A DNA stretch of 45,862 bases. Source: a virus (taxonomy: Duplodnaviria; Caudoviricetes). Within the stretch, counting starts at the first letter, position 1, and each line of letters opens with the position of its first letter. The notes under the pieces were generated by a model. The model made no database searches. It was not told the origin of the DNA and was given only the letters and a program-made list of their open reading frames with translations. The stretch is from IMG/VR virus record IMGVR_UViG_3300049019_000034, positions 1 to 45,862 of that record, one strand, 5' to 3'. Shown one piece after another: positions 9,901-18,184 of the stretch. Position numbers and translations under genes: made by a program.

Positions 9901-11398
9901 CCTCGGCCTGGCTCATCTCGTTGTTGCCGATGCGCGCGTGCTGCAACAGCACCTGCTCCAGCGGCGTGCCCGTGGCGCCGGCCAGGAACTCGCCGACGGG
10001 GATTCGCACCTCGGCGCCGGACTCGGTGGCCGCGACGATCTGGTCGGCAACGCTGGGCAGCGCCTGCTTGATGGCCTCGGCATCCATGCCGGATTGCTGC
10101 AGCGTCTCGGACAGCGTGCGCGCGTCGAAGCGGATCTCGTTGTCGCCGGCCATCTCACCCAGCACGGCGCGCAGCTCGTCGGGGCTGCGGTCGCGCAGCT
10201 TGGACTCGCCCGCCGCCTTCAGCGCATCGGCCAGTGCATCCGCGCTGCGCTGCGCCTCGATGCCTTCGAAGCGCATGCCCATCACGCTCTCGGCCACCTT
10301 CTGGATGCCCTTGACCGCACCGATCTGCGTGCCGCCGCCCACCAGCGTGGCGATGACGGTCTGCGCCAGCGCCTCGGGCTGTTCCTTCAGGAACTCGGCC
10401 AGCGACTTCTCGGGGTTCAGGTTCGTCCACTCGTTGAAGTTCTGCCACAGCGTGGCCGCGAGTTCGCCGGGCACTTCCTTGGTGACTTCGTAGATGGCCA
10501 GTTTCGTGGCGGACGCCCCGGCCTTGATGCCCTGCAGCAGCCCGGAGGCGCCGAGGTACTTCTCGGTCAGCACCTCGGCCACCGCATCCTGCGCACCGTA
10601 TGCCGTGGCGCGCAGCGGGCTCAGGCCTGCATCGCGCGCCTTGCCGTAGCTCTGGCCGCCCGTCACCAGGCCCATCGCTGCCAGCATGGCCTTCTCGCCC
10701 AAGGCCATCAGGCCCAGCGGCAGCGTGACCAGGTTCTGGCCGGCCGACTGGAAGCCGGACATGACGGACTTCTCGACCATGCCCGCGCCCGGGTCTTCGC
10801 CGGCCACCGCGGCGGCAGTGGCGTCAGCGCCCGCGCCGAGATAGCGCAGGAACCCCTCGGGGCCGGGACTGCCAACGATCTGCCGGCGCTTGGTGCCGGT
10901 GATCCAGGCCGCCGCGTCGTCCAGCGCCTGCAGGCCCTGGTCGGCCAGGCCGAAGACGGACGCCGTGGCGTTGTAGGCGCCCGCATTGAACTTCGGCGCC
11001 CCCGACGCAATGCTGCGCCCCGCGCGAGCCACGTCTCCCACCAGCCCGCCGCGGTCGGCGCCGGGCGCGCTGACGAGGTAGCGCACGGCGGCGCCGATCT
11101 TGGACAGCGCACCGCTGTCGTCGTGCGCGAGCTTCGCGAAGTCCGCGTCGCTGAACCGATCCTCCAGCACCGGGTGCGTCTCGGCGTCGGCCTGGACCTG
11201 GCGCACCTTGGCCTGAGCCTCCAGCGCGGGCATGGCCTGAACGACTGCCGTGGGGTAGCCGAGATACCCGGCCACGCGGCGCTGGGTGCTGAACTGGTCG
11301 GGGTTGACGGTCACCGCAGTGGTGAGGTTGCCCGCCAGGGCCTGGCGCTTGCGGTCCGTCTCGGCCGCCATCAGGTCGTCGAATACGGAGTCGCTCAT
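3911..11398 (-). CDS. Large internal virion (ejection) polyvalent protein, 2495 aa
   Basis: Last and largest gene of the internal-virion cluster; LPD22-like N-terminus (NPD..G.P..FAKLAHDD); zincin motif HETGH (8087-8101) with downstream HERFAE; inserted modules. Confidence 0.85.
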   Translation of the reverse strand: MSDSVFDDLMAAETDRKRQALAGNLTTAVTVNPDQFSTQRRVAGYLGYPTAVVQAMPALEAQAKVRQVQADAETHPVLEDRFSDADFAKLAHDDSGALSKIGAAVRYLVSAPGADRGGLVGDVARAGRSIASGAPKFNAGAYNATASVFGLADQGLQALDDAAAWITGTKRRQIVGSPGPEGFLRYLGAGADATAAAVAGEDPGAGMVEKSVMSGFQSAGQNLVTLPLGLMALGEKAMLAAMGLVTGGQSYGKARDAGLSPLRATAYGAQDAVAEVLTEKYLGASGLLQGIKAGASATKLAIYEVTKEVPGELAATLWQNFNEWTNLNPEKSLAEFLKEQPEALAQTVIATLVGGGTQIGAVKGIQKVAESVMGMRFEGIEAQRSADALADALKAAGESKLRDRSPDELRAVLGEMAGDNEIRFDARTLSETLQQSGMDAEAIKQALPSVADQIVAATESGAEVRIPVGEFLAGATGTPLEQVLLQHARIGNNEMSQAEAKQAGEQAAQYLETEAQRVLAQAQDVKAMQESSDRVRQQVLDQLNTLGRFRQAVNEGYATWAAAFYTTMAGRTGLTPEEFAAKYPLRIVEQTGAGLAQSAPAERDLVVTHNLTAANLMHAVKMGGLPVPSLAITKKDNPLTNFGEITLIGDSNLADPKGYAGTKVFGADIYSPRYPSVERELDNKAVAALTKRVKPMAEKMGDTLPGASELQRDGQRELERSIAVMGTFLQEQGVEPNVVMRGGMDAARQARLEEFGLGPFLDVTSIYDLLENETFTRAAIAEQLDSLLIGANDAKRARYEKWALDPEISEGWARNVAHEIVNGAKLRARPEADRSATQQAMEKQIAEGNLADAYQQWVQAELSRATKSERIFQGFTNSGNRKYLPHTLENVVKLLKKELRGGESFNYGVGSLRAKFTPEFKSLAAIKKEKGRLVSADEFEVVKKEVDAEFNAVMEAIDPSLSSDTAISILEDAAKMGMAKAAKSYGFEISEAAAQKAAQFLTRLRNLPTAYFEAKVLRDVSLSEFKGAVVPEGTEPAVLEALRAAGVTDVRTYAKGDDAARGKAVKQFDPLFFQQARGSFNPQSLELALSPTADLTTFFHETGHFFLEVMADIASQPDAPAGVVEDMGVLLKWFGVPDLATWQGMTLDEQRPYHERFAESVEQYLIEGKAPSVELAPVLRRFRAWVLSVYRSLQQFATGNTDGPQLSDEVRQVLDRMLASQDQIEQAEEIAGMLPDETATGEALDRLTARSIRDLKWTINARSKALKALQAQAKVLRREVRIDARREIMSQPVYRLWSFLTAKVSGEDRAKTLTERAKSDPATLDPSKDSLLVAIAKMGGIQRGSAAQHLGVSVDDFNHPSGVFGKPVFRVEGGMSADAMGEALAETGYLLPSADGRYDLAELEELVQAEIRGEAQYSIAKQYFLESERGGEGVDVHELNAGRFDLVDLKGLGVPEGAVEKIEAMRMTLKSGGIHPDILADAFGFSDGQTMVEALLAAEPPLSAVEGRTDQLMLEQHGDLVDPRAIADAANEAVHNEARAKALATELKAQADLLGQRTDTGQTNAAGAKITVNALAEAARQFGARVVARTSLRDLRATAWQHTAAERRAARRWQEATAKGQTEEAVQAKRDQVLNNAAARAAMDALAEGRKIVTFFGKVAQGTNEKTVEKGRDPDIVNAARAILAAYGIDTPATRGAADYLDRVEKHDPQLHAALQPSVQGALNMAQPLTALTFEQLQSLHEEIQSLWHLAKRSRMMEVGGNLLDIDDAAAELSQRLDALGVPATLPGEAGALTPGEIRTRWLQHAGSLLRRAEQWAEGMDGSFGGPFLRLVFQPVKFAAEAYRTDRLTYRKAYQALVDAVAPSLRKGLIQAPELGPRGYTFGRGHNGIGHAELLHAILHTGNESNKRKLLLGRKWASENADGTLDTSKWDAFVKRMHDEGVLGKVHYDFAQGVWDLLEQTKPLAQKAHRDVFGRYFDEVTADGFVTPFGTYRGGYVPAMADTRIVPDADLRALQNTENEAMAYSFPTTSKGFTKARVDYNRPLILDLRTIGQHIDKVLLFAHMEPAVRDVQRLLSRPAVSSPLNHLDPTIYAGMLTPWLNRSAKQIVETPVMGDGRISRVLSAARARAGMALMFGNVSNAIQQLTGFSNAFSKIKADGLESSMLRAAAQMVSSGPKKMARDVAALSPFMANRMDNEIAAINQQMNDILLDPGLLEKAQAWTSKHAYFLQSALDNTMGPIIWTSAYNGALAKGLAAAEAVHYADGVIRQTQGSTLPEDVSRIETGPAYARLFTQFIGYFNMMANTNATALKQIRQDVGLRVGAGRAFGVVMLGLMVPLWVAESIAVAMKGGPDDPEGDGYLDDWIAAVFGMGTIKGAFAMVPFVGQLAMAGINRFNGNPADDRVSASPAVSMLEAAAGVPVDAYKLAKGDEINQKNAIRDVASLVSIATGLPATAVARPLGYLAGVDQGTISPTSTADAARGLVTGVASPESKTR

Positions 11399-13143
11399 TT
11401 CTTCTCGATCAGGTCCGCAGCGCGAGACTGCGTGCGCAGGTAGTAGCGTTGGAGATTGGCGGGGGTCGGCGCGTAGTCCGGGTTTTTGCCCACCGCATAC
11501 AGCGCCTGCATCTCACTGGCCAGCGCATCGCGTCGCGCGGCTGGCACCACCACGCGCCCCGCGTCGGCGGGCGACAGCTGGATCACCGGCGTCTGCCGGT
11601 TGGCGCTGAACCAGCCCGGGTTGACGGTCACCTGTCGAGCCAGCTCACCCTGCATCAGCGTCATCTTCTCGTCGCGGGTCAGCGCCTGCTTCTTGGCCTG
11701 CTGTGCGATGTTGATCATCTGCTCGACGCGGAACTGCAGCTCACCGAGCTGCTTCTTCTTTTCGGGCGTCTTGGCGTTGAACGGGTCCAGGCCCATCGTC
11801 TCGGCGATGTGCTCAAAGTCCTGCTTGTCGATGCGGGCCTCGGCAATAGCGCCGGGCTTCTGCAGCGTGTCGTAGCGGGCGAGCAGGTGCTGCGCACCCT
11901 CCATGCCGAAGACGGCGCGGGTGGCCTCCACCTGGGGGCGCGTCATGCGCGCCAGCACCTCGGGATCGCTGTAGCGCAGGTAGGCGTCGCCGTTGCCGAT
12001 CAGCAGCTGGCGATCCTTGCGCTGCTCTGCCGTGAAAGCACGCGACTCGGCGGCAGCTGCACGGCTCTCCCGCGCGGCGGCCTCGCCTTCGCGCTGCAGC
12101 ATGATCTTGTGCTGCTCGGCCGCGGGCAGCGCAAGCCACTGCGGCGCGCGCATCACCTGGGCCATCGGCCGGCCGCCGTCCATCAGCGCGTAGACCGCGT
12201 TCGTGTTGCCGGCGTTGCTCTCTGCCTGGGCGGCGTTGTGCGCGGCAGCGCGCTCCCGAAGCGCAGCAATGGCGGCCTGCCGCCGCGGCGCGTCGTTCGG
12301 GTAGGTCTCGCGGAGCTGGGCCTCCATCTTGTCGAGCGGCACGGGATCGTTGTAGTTCCGCGGCCCGGTGCTGGCCCAGACCTGGCCGGCGGCCTTGTCA
12401 CCGTCGTTGATGGCGCTCGTGGCGTTGATCGTCTTGCCGATCTCGTCGTGGCGGGTGCCGTCGATCTGGCCCTTGTTCGCGGTGAAGTATTCCTGCGCCC
12501 TGGCCGGGTCCGCCTGGATCAGGCCGGCGATGACGTTGGCGTGCAGCGCGGTCGTGTACTTCATCTCCTGCGCGGCGACCCATTCGGTCGGCTTGCCGGT
12601 GGCCGCGGCGAACTCGCGAAGGTTGTTCTGGATGATGCCCACCGATCCGGCCGCCGCGGTCGGGCCGCCGGCGGCGCCGCGGCTGACCTCCGCCTGGAGC
12701 GAGCCGTCCAATGCCTCGGCGCGCGAGCGGTCGAGCTCCTGGTTCTCGTGCCGGCTGGCGCCGTCGAGCGCCGAGACCTGCGCCTGCAGGAGATTGCGCG
12801 ACACCATGCGCTTGGAGATGGGGTTCAGGTCTTTGCCGTAGGTCTCGGCCGCGTCCTTCCACCATTGGCTGACGCGCTCGCTGTAGCCCTTGGCGTTGAC
12901 GCCGCGGCTGGCTTCGGACTCCGTGGCGTTCCACTTCACCCAGGCGGTGTTGATGTCAGCCTGCGTGCGCCACGCCTGGTCCTGCGCGTCGCGCTCGACG
13001 TACTTGTCCACCGCATCGTTGACCTGGCCGAGCGCAGATGCGAGCTGCCGCGACGGCAGGCCGCCATCCACCTGCGGCATGTAGCCGCCGTTCTGCGCCT
13101 GGAGGGTGCCCTGTGGGCCTTGACTGAGGGGTACGCGCGGCAC
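11395..13143 (-). CDS. Internal virion/ejection protein (GTG start, MPRVP...)
   Basis: MPRVP start and helical Ala-rich composition typical of BPP-1-like ejection proteins; starts 2 nt after the upstream stop; overlaps the next gene. Confidence 0.75.
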   Translation of the reverse strand: MPRVPLSQGPQGTLQAQNGGYMPQVDGGLPSRQLASALGQVNDAVDKYVERDAQDQAWRTQADINTAWVKWNATESEASRGVNAKGYSERVSQWWKDAAETYGKDLNPISKRMVSRNLLQAQVSALDGASRHENQELDRSRAEALDGSLQAEVSRGAAGGPTAAAGSVGIIQNNLREFAAATGKPTEWVAAQEMKYTTALHANVIAGLIQADPARAQEYFTANKGQIDGTRHDEIGKTINATSAINDGDKAAGQVWASTGPRNYNDPVPLDKMEAQLRETYPNDAPRRQAAIAALRERAAAHNAAQAESNAGNTNAVYALMDGGRPMAQVMRAPQWLALPAAEQHKIMLQREGEAAARESRAAAAESRAFTAEQRKDRQLLIGNGDAYLRYSDPEVLARMTRPQVEATRAVFGMEGAQHLLARYDTLQKPGAIAEARIDKQDFEHIAETMGLDPFNAKTPEKKKQLGELQFRVEQMINIAQQAKKQALTRDEKMTLMQGELARQVTVNPGWFSANRQTPVIQLSPADAGRVVVPAARRDALASEMQALYAVGKNPDYAPTPANLQRYYLRTQSRAADLIEKK

Positions 13144-13145
13144 GG

Positions 13146-13628
13146 TCAGCCCTTCGCCGGCTTGGCGCCGCCACCGCCGTACCACTTCGACGCGACGGAG
13201 CTGGCGCTGCCGAGCAGCGAGAGGCCGGCGGCCATGCCCGGGCGCGACACCGCGGCCTGGTACTCATATCCGTTCTTCTGCGCCCGGAGGTTCCAGGCCT
13301 GGCGCGCCGCGTTCTGCTTCGCGATGGTCTGATCCACCTGGCCGAAGAAGTCGGTCTGATCCAGCGCGTCGCCGGCTGATCCGTTTTCGAAGTCGATGCC
13401 CTTGGCCGAGAAGCCCGCGCGCTGGGCGGCTGCGAGCTGCGCGTTCTGGCGGCGCACCTTGGCCGCCTCCTCGTCGCCTGCGCGGCGAGCATCCTGCGCG
13501 TTCAGCTCCGACACCTGGGCGTTGTAGTTGGCCTGGTCCTTCGCGGCCCCGGCGGATTGGTAGGCGCTGTATGCCCCGGCCGCGGCGCTTGCCGCGGCGA
13601 CGCCCAAGGCAACGACAGCCCAGGTCAT
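13146..13628 (-). CDS. Small internal virion protein (T7 gp14-like position)
   Basis: MTWAVVALGVAAASAAAGAYSAYQ..QRAGFSAKGID..GSA motif pattern; ATGA coupling with the upstream gene. Confidence 0.75.
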   Translation of the reverse strand: MTWAVVALGVAAASAAAGAYSAYQSAGAAKDQANYNAQVSELNAQDARRAGDEEAAKVRRQNAQLAAAQRAGFSAKGIDFENGSAGDALDQTDFFGQVDQTIAKQNAARQAWNLRAQKNGYEYQAAVSRPGMAAGLSLLGSASSVASKWYGGGGAKPAKG

Positions 13629-14077
13629 TGCAGCACCCCCGAGGCATCCAGCGCGGCGAAGTCGGGGGCGATGAGGATCGCTTCCAGCTTGGCCAGGTCG
13701 CGCTCGTCGGTCGGGTTCGGGTGGAACGTCGTCCACCATGTGTCTTCGTGGGCGTAGACCGCGCGCTTGATGCCGGCCGAGCACTCGAAGGTTTCGCAGC
13801 CGGTGACGCGCTGCAGTCCTTCGAAGGTAGACGCGAAGCTGATGTCGCCCAGGATCACGCTGAAGTGCGCCTTCAGGTGGATCTTGCCGATGGCGAAGGT
13901 GCCCTTGCGCATGAAGATCTCGCGGGCGTACATGCCCGGGATGAATCGGTGCACCAGCGGGCAGTCCAGCCGCGGGAACTCGTCCGGGTCGGACGACAGC
14001 GCGGCGTCCTGCAGGGCCAGGATGCGCTCGCGCGTGACGGCGGGCATGTGGGTGCTGAGCAGCGTGATCAGATCCAC
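13625..14077 (-). CDS. Cupin-fold phage protein
   Basis: HRFIPGMYAREI..GKIH..H..GIKRAVYAHEDT..TFH pattern, recurrent in podovirus tail regions. Confidence 0.7.
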   Translation of the reverse strand: MDLITLLSTHMPAVTRERILALQDAALSSDPDEFPRLDCPLVHRFIPGMYAREIFMRKGTFAIGKIHLKAHFSVILGDISFASTFEGLQRVTGCETFECSAGIKRAVYAHEDTWWTTFHPNPTDERDLAKLEAILIAPDFAALDASGVLQ

Positions 14078-14078
14078 G

Positions 14079-14543
14079 TCAGGCCTCCATCGTGAACTGC
14101 TGGAACGGCTCGCCCGTTACCGGGTGCGGCTCGGGTGCGGCCAGCTTGAAGCCGACGCGCTTGAGCCAGCGCACCGCCTTGTCGTTCTTGGCGTGTACGT
14201 GGTTGATCAGCACCGGGAAAGCCTGCAGCATCAAATCAATGTAGGCCGGGGCCTGGCCGATAACCGCACCCTTGTGCCGCAGCAGTTCCTCGGTGCCCAG
14301 CAGCCAGGGCGCGCCGCAGCCGTCCCACTCGCGCACACCGAACACCATCACCGGCCTGCCGTTCACGGTGGCCGTCCAGCACAGGGCCGAATGGTCGATG
14401 CCCTCCTGGATCACGCCCTCGACGTCGTCCAGGCCGGCAGCGATGATCTCGGCCAGGTCGGCATCGCGCAGGTCCGCGGCCACCGCAGCAGCGTCGCCCG
14501 GCTGCGGCGCGCGGAACTCAACCGCCGCCGGTAGCTGTCTCAT
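14079..14543 (-). CDS. GNAT-like protein (T7 gp13/DUF2833-like)
   Basis: LRDADLAEI, PWLLGT, LINHVHAKNDKAVRWLKRVGF motifs; follows tail tubular B. Confidence 0.8.
   Translation of the reverse strand: MRQLPAAVEFRAPQPGDAAAVAADLRDADLAEIIAAGLDDVEGVIQEGIDHSALCWTATVNGRPVMVFGVREWDGCGAPWLLGTEELLRHKGAVIGQAPAYIDLMLQAFPVLINHVHAKNDKAVRWLKRVGFKLAAPEPHPVTGEPFQQFTMEA
14238..14270 (-). promoter_or_regulatory. Putative intragenic late promoter for the ejection-protein genes
   Basis: GGTGCGGTTATC (14259-14270; 11/12 match to the late motif), 15 bp, then TACATT (14238-14243). Confidence 0.55.
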
Positions 14544-16869
14544 GGGAGATCGCGCAGACGGTCAACGGCAGGGGCTGGTCCTGGCGCACGCAGATGCTGC
14601 CGTCCGTCGTCCAGCTCGGGTCCAGCGTGATGCCCAGCTCGGCCGTGCGCAGCGCCGGCGGCGCACCGTAGGGGTCGCTCACCTCGCGCGCTGGGTACTC
14701 GCGCAGCTTGTCGAAGCGGGGGCCGGCCTTGGCGATGCTGGACGCCTTCACCCGCAGGAAGACCTTGCTGACGTTCTTCATCGTGCCCTGCCCTGACGCC
14801 GGGGCGCCTTCGTAGGACATGGGCAGCGTCATCAGGTCGCTGACGTAGTTCAGGCCAACGTGCACGGTGCTGGCCGGCGAGTCCAGCGTGATGCCGCCAC
14901 CGCTGACGGTCTGGCGCGGCATGACGGCGCCGTCGGCCGCGATGTCCACCTCCAGGCCCTCGAGATGCCACAGCCCCGAGATCCGGCTGACCGGGGCGCC
15001 GGAATACGTCAGGCCGCAGTCGACGAAGAAGGCGTCGCTCTGGTCGATGAAGTGGCGGGTGGTGAGCCGCTCGATGTTCACGCTGTAGTAGCCGCCACCC
15101 AGCTGACGCCGAACGGCCATGTAGAGCACGTCCTCGTTGTTCTCCGGGATGGAGCAGATGGACTCGATGAAGGGCGTGTCGGTCGCGTCGTGGCCGCCGC
15201 TGACGTGGCGGTGCCAGCCATAGACCTGCTGCTCGGGCATGTGCGTCATGCCGAGCAGCACGCCATCGCTGCGCAGCGCCCACAGCACCGGCACCGGTGC
15301 GCGGCAGTAGGCCAGGTCCGTGATCGTGAAGCCGTCGAACAGGTGCGGCGCCATGATCGAGACGTTTTCGCTGGTGAACCGGCCCAGGCCCGAGGGGTCG
15401 AATGCGAGCTCGCGGATGTAGCTGCCCTGGGCCTGGACGTAGAGCGCGCGGTCATTGGCCAGCGCCGGCTGCACGAGGTTGGCGCCGGTGGCGCCCTGCG
15501 GCTTGATGCTGAGCGTCTCCAGGCTGATGACCGGGCCGCCGTCGGCAAAGATGCGGTGCTCGCCGCTGGCGGTCAACGCCACGACGTCCTGCAGCGCCAC
15601 GAGATGGCGGATGTTCTGCTGCTGCTGGCTGGCGATGCGCAGCTCGAGCGCGTCGTCGGACTGGCCGGGGATGCTGCTGCTCAGATTGTTCTCGGTGCCC
15701 GAGCGCGTGAACCAGAAGTTCTGGGGCTTCAGGCCGGTGCCGCCGAACCAGCGGCGGCGCTCGTAGTAGGTCACCGCGGCCGGGTAGTCGCCGGCGCCGG
15801 TGTTCAGGACGATGCTGCTGGTGGGCGGCGTGGTCACGACGTCGGGTGTGATGTTGTCGTCCACCAGGCTGAGGCCTTCCGTCTGGCCGATGAAGCCGTA
15901 GGTGCCGCCGCGTAGCCGATAGACGTAGTAGCGCGACGCGCCCACGACCGACGACCAGCTGATGGTGTTGAAGTTACCGGCGAGCGTCAGGTTGTTGCTG
16001 CACGTCGCCACCGCCGACGCGACCGATTCCGTGACGAGATCCGCGCCCACCGCGGTGACCACGTAGCTCTGGGTCGTCGGGTTGGTGGCCGTCGGGATCG
16101 TGGCTACTGCACCGGGGCCGGTGGGCGCAGCCAGCGTGATGGCGAAGCTGACGGACGCGAACTGCCAGTTCGCCGAGCCCAGCCGCCGCAGCTCGCGCGT
16201 CTGGTAGGCGGTGCTGGTGAGGGTCATGACGTCGTTGGACTGCGCGTAGTTCAGGATGTCGGTGCCGAGGTACGGCGCGGCGAGCGTGTAGACCCGGCGC
16301 ACCTGGCCGCCGCTGAAGGCATCCAGGCCGGCCGTGCTCAGCGCGGTGCCGGCGCCCGCGCCGTAGCTGGGCGGCGCGCGCAGCGTGAAGTGGTCCACGT
16401 CGGGCACCGTGTCCACGATGAAGAAGCGCCCGCTCACCCGGGCCGACAGGGTACTGGTCGGCAGCTGGTCGACGAAGAGCCAGTCGCCCACCGAGTAGCC
16501 GTGCGCGGCGATGTTGAACACCCCGGGGTTGGCGAGCGTCAGACTGGTGATGGCCTTGGCCGCCTCCAGCTCCGTGCCGGCCGCGCTGTGCATGCGCACG
16601 TAGCTGTCGCCGAACTCCAGCACGTAGGCCTGGCCGGCGCTGAAAATGAATGGGCGCAGCTTCACGGGCCGGCTGGTGCCCGGCGTGTACGCGTATCGGC
16701 ACTGGTTGACGAAGTAGCCGCCGGGGCGGCGTGCGGCCGGCCCGTGCGGCAGCGTCAGGAAGTTCTGGCACAGCGCCAGGCCGGTCTGGAACTTCGTCAG
16801 GTCGATGCGCCCGTACATCTCGGGCGTGATCTCACCCCCGGCGAAGCTGCGCTGAATGGACTTGGCCAT
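14518..16869 (-). CDS. Tail tubular protein B (nozzle)
   Basis: QRSFAGGEITP..GRID..RRPG N-terminus, YPAAVTYYERRRWFGG, GLWHLEG..V..ADG, VHVGL motifs. Confidence 0.9.
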   Translation of the reverse strand: MAKSIQRSFAGGEITPEMYGRIDLTKFQTGLALCQNFLTLPHGPAARRPGGYFVNQCRYAYTPGTSRPVKLRPFIFSAGQAYVLEFGDSYVRMHSAAGTELEAAKAITSLTLANPGVFNIAAHGYSVGDWLFVDQLPTSTLSARVSGRFFIVDTVPDVDHFTLRAPPSYGAGAGTALSTAGLDAFSGGQVRRVYTLAAPYLGTDILNYAQSNDVMTLTSTAYQTRELRRLGSANWQFASVSFAITLAAPTGPGAVATIPTATNPTTQSYVVTAVGADLVTESVASAVATCSNNLTLAGNFNTISWSSVVGASRYYVYRLRGGTYGFIGQTEGLSLVDDNITPDVVTTPPTSSIVLNTGAGDYPAAVTYYERRRWFGGTGLKPQNFWFTRSGTENNLSSSIPGQSDDALELRIASQQQQNIRHLVALQDVVALTASGEHRIFADGGPVISLETLSIKPQGATGANLVQPALANDRALYVQAQGSYIRELAFDPSGLGRFTSENVSIMAPHLFDGFTITDLAYCRAPVPVLWALRSDGVLLGMTHMPEQQVYGWHRHVSGGHDATDTPFIESICSIPENNEDVLYMAVRRQLGGGYYSVNIERLTTRHFIDQSDAFFVDCGLTYSGAPVSRISGLWHLEGLEVDIAADGAVMPRQTVSGGGITLDSPASTVHVGLNYVSDLMTLPMSYEGAPASGQGTMKNVSKVFLRVKASSIAKAGPRFDKLREYPAREVSDPYGAPPALRTAELGITLDPSWTTDGSICVRQDQPLPLTVCAISHETATGGG

Positions 16870-17525
16870 CAGCCGCGGGCCCTGATCGAGTCGGGCATGA
16901 AATCCTGGCTCTCGCTGCCGGGCGGCACGTCCTGCACTGCGGCGTCGGTCAACACCGAGCGCGCGGCGTCGCGCAGCTCGCGGCCGGCCGCGGCGCCTTC
17001 CTTGCCCTTGATGATCGGACCAGCGATGTAGCTGGCCAGCAGGTAGCTGAAGCCGCTGATGAACGCCGCGCTGGCGCGGGTCAGGTCGGTGATGTCTCGG
17101 GCGTAGAGCAGCACGGCCTCGGGCTCGTGCGTCAGGATGATGTCGCCCTCGATCTGGAACTCGGCGCCCATCGCCTCGGTCATCGTGCGCAGCTCGTCGG
17201 CCGTGACGATCCGACCGGTGAAGCTGTCCAGCACGCCGCTGTCAAAGATGTTCTTTTGCAGCACGCGCAGCGGGGTGATGCAGTCGCCGGGCAGCTGGTA
17301 GGCGTAGCCCCACACGTCGCTCGGGTTCGTCACGCTGGCCATGGCCGCGCGCTTCTTGGTCCACGAGAACGCCGACATCTCCAGTGCCTGGCGTCGGGCC
17401 AGCGCAAAGAATCGTTTGCAGTGGCCGGCCTCGGCGCTGCCATCGGGCGGGCTCAGGCTCACAACGGCAGCCTCGCTGCCGAGGAGGCTCAGGGCCATGT
17501 TGCAGACGTCGACATCCGAGGCCAT
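16869..17525 (-). CDS. Tail tubular protein A (head-tail adaptor)
   Basis: MASDVDVCNMALSLLG..W.YAYQLPGDC motif; lies upstream of tubular B. Confidence 0.88.
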   Translation of the reverse strand: MASDVDVCNMALSLLGSEAAVVSLSPPDGSAEAGHCKRFFALARRQALEMSAFSWTKKRAAMASVTNPSDVWGYAYQLPGDCITPLRVLQKNIFDSGVLDSFTGRIVTADELRTMTEAMGAEFQIEGDIILTHEPEAVLLYARDITDLTRASAAFISGFSYLLASYIAGPIIKGKEGAAAGRELRDAARSVLTDAAVQDVPPGSESQDFMPDSIRARG

Positions 17526-17528
17526 GGA

Positions 17529-17834
17529 TCAGGGCTCCATGTTGGAGTTCTCGAACAGGCCGCCGCCCCCCGCCTTGATCGCCATGTCGGTGATCTGCAG
17601 CTCGAGCGTGATGTCGGGGCCCTTGTCGTCGCCGTCGGCTTCCATGCGCTGGGTGGCCTCGGTCACCACGGCCCGAGCGGTCACCATGACCGCGGCGCCG
17701 GCCGCCAGCGCGGCCTTGATGCCAAGCGCCTCGCACTGGTCATCGTTGAGCCGCAAGCGCAGGCCATAGCCGTAGGGGTTCGGACTGCAGTCGACTGCGC
17801 AGCTGTCGTCCGTCTTCATGCTCACCAAAGCCAT
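17529..17834 (-). CDS. Small head protein (capsid-staple-like)
   Basis: MALVSMK..YGYGLRLRLNDDQCEALGI..LELQITDM pattern; RBS AGGAG; in the head cluster. Confidence 0.65.
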   Translation of the reverse strand: MALVSMKTDDSCAVDCSPNPYGYGLRLRLNDDQCEALGIKAALAAGAAVMVTARAVVTEATQRMEADGDDKGPDITLELQITDMAIKAGGGGLFENSNMEP

Positions 17835-17850
17835 GCGGGCTCTCCTGATG

Positions 17851-17875
17851 GAAGAACGGGGGCACGAGGCCCCCG
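17851..17875 (-). terminator. Intrinsic terminator after the capsid gene cluster
   Basis: CGGGGGC-CTCGT-GCCCCCG hairpin followed by TTCTTC on the minus strand. Confidence 0.6.
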
Positions 17876-17899
17876 GTCATTGCTTCGATGCGGCGTGGC

Positions 17900-18169
17900 T
17901 CAGGCCAAGTCGCTGCCCGATGCGCCGGCGGCCTTGGCCTTGACCGCCGCCTTCGCATCGGCCGGCTTCGTGTCGCCGTTCAGCGGCTTCGCCTTGACTG
18001 CCGGCTCGGGCTCCGCGGCCAGGGCCGTGTTGCCCGGCAGCTCGTCGCCGGTGAAGCGGAACGTGGCGCCGCCCTTCTCGCCGGGGCCGACCATTCGGCC
18101 GCCGACGAACATGCGGCTCAGCGCGCGCACCTCGACGTTGTCGTACTTGGGGGATTCAGCCTTGTCCAT
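17900..18169 (-). CDS. Hypothetical virion-cluster protein
   Basis: 89-aa ORF with RBS GAGGGG, between the cement and staple genes. Confidence 0.65.
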   Translation of the reverse strand: MDKAESPKYDNVEVRALSRMFVGGRMVGPGEKGGATFRFTGDELPGNTALAAEPEPAVKAKPLNGDTKPADAKAAVKAKAAGASGSDLA

Positions 18170-18184
18170 CGCTGTTCCCCTCGA

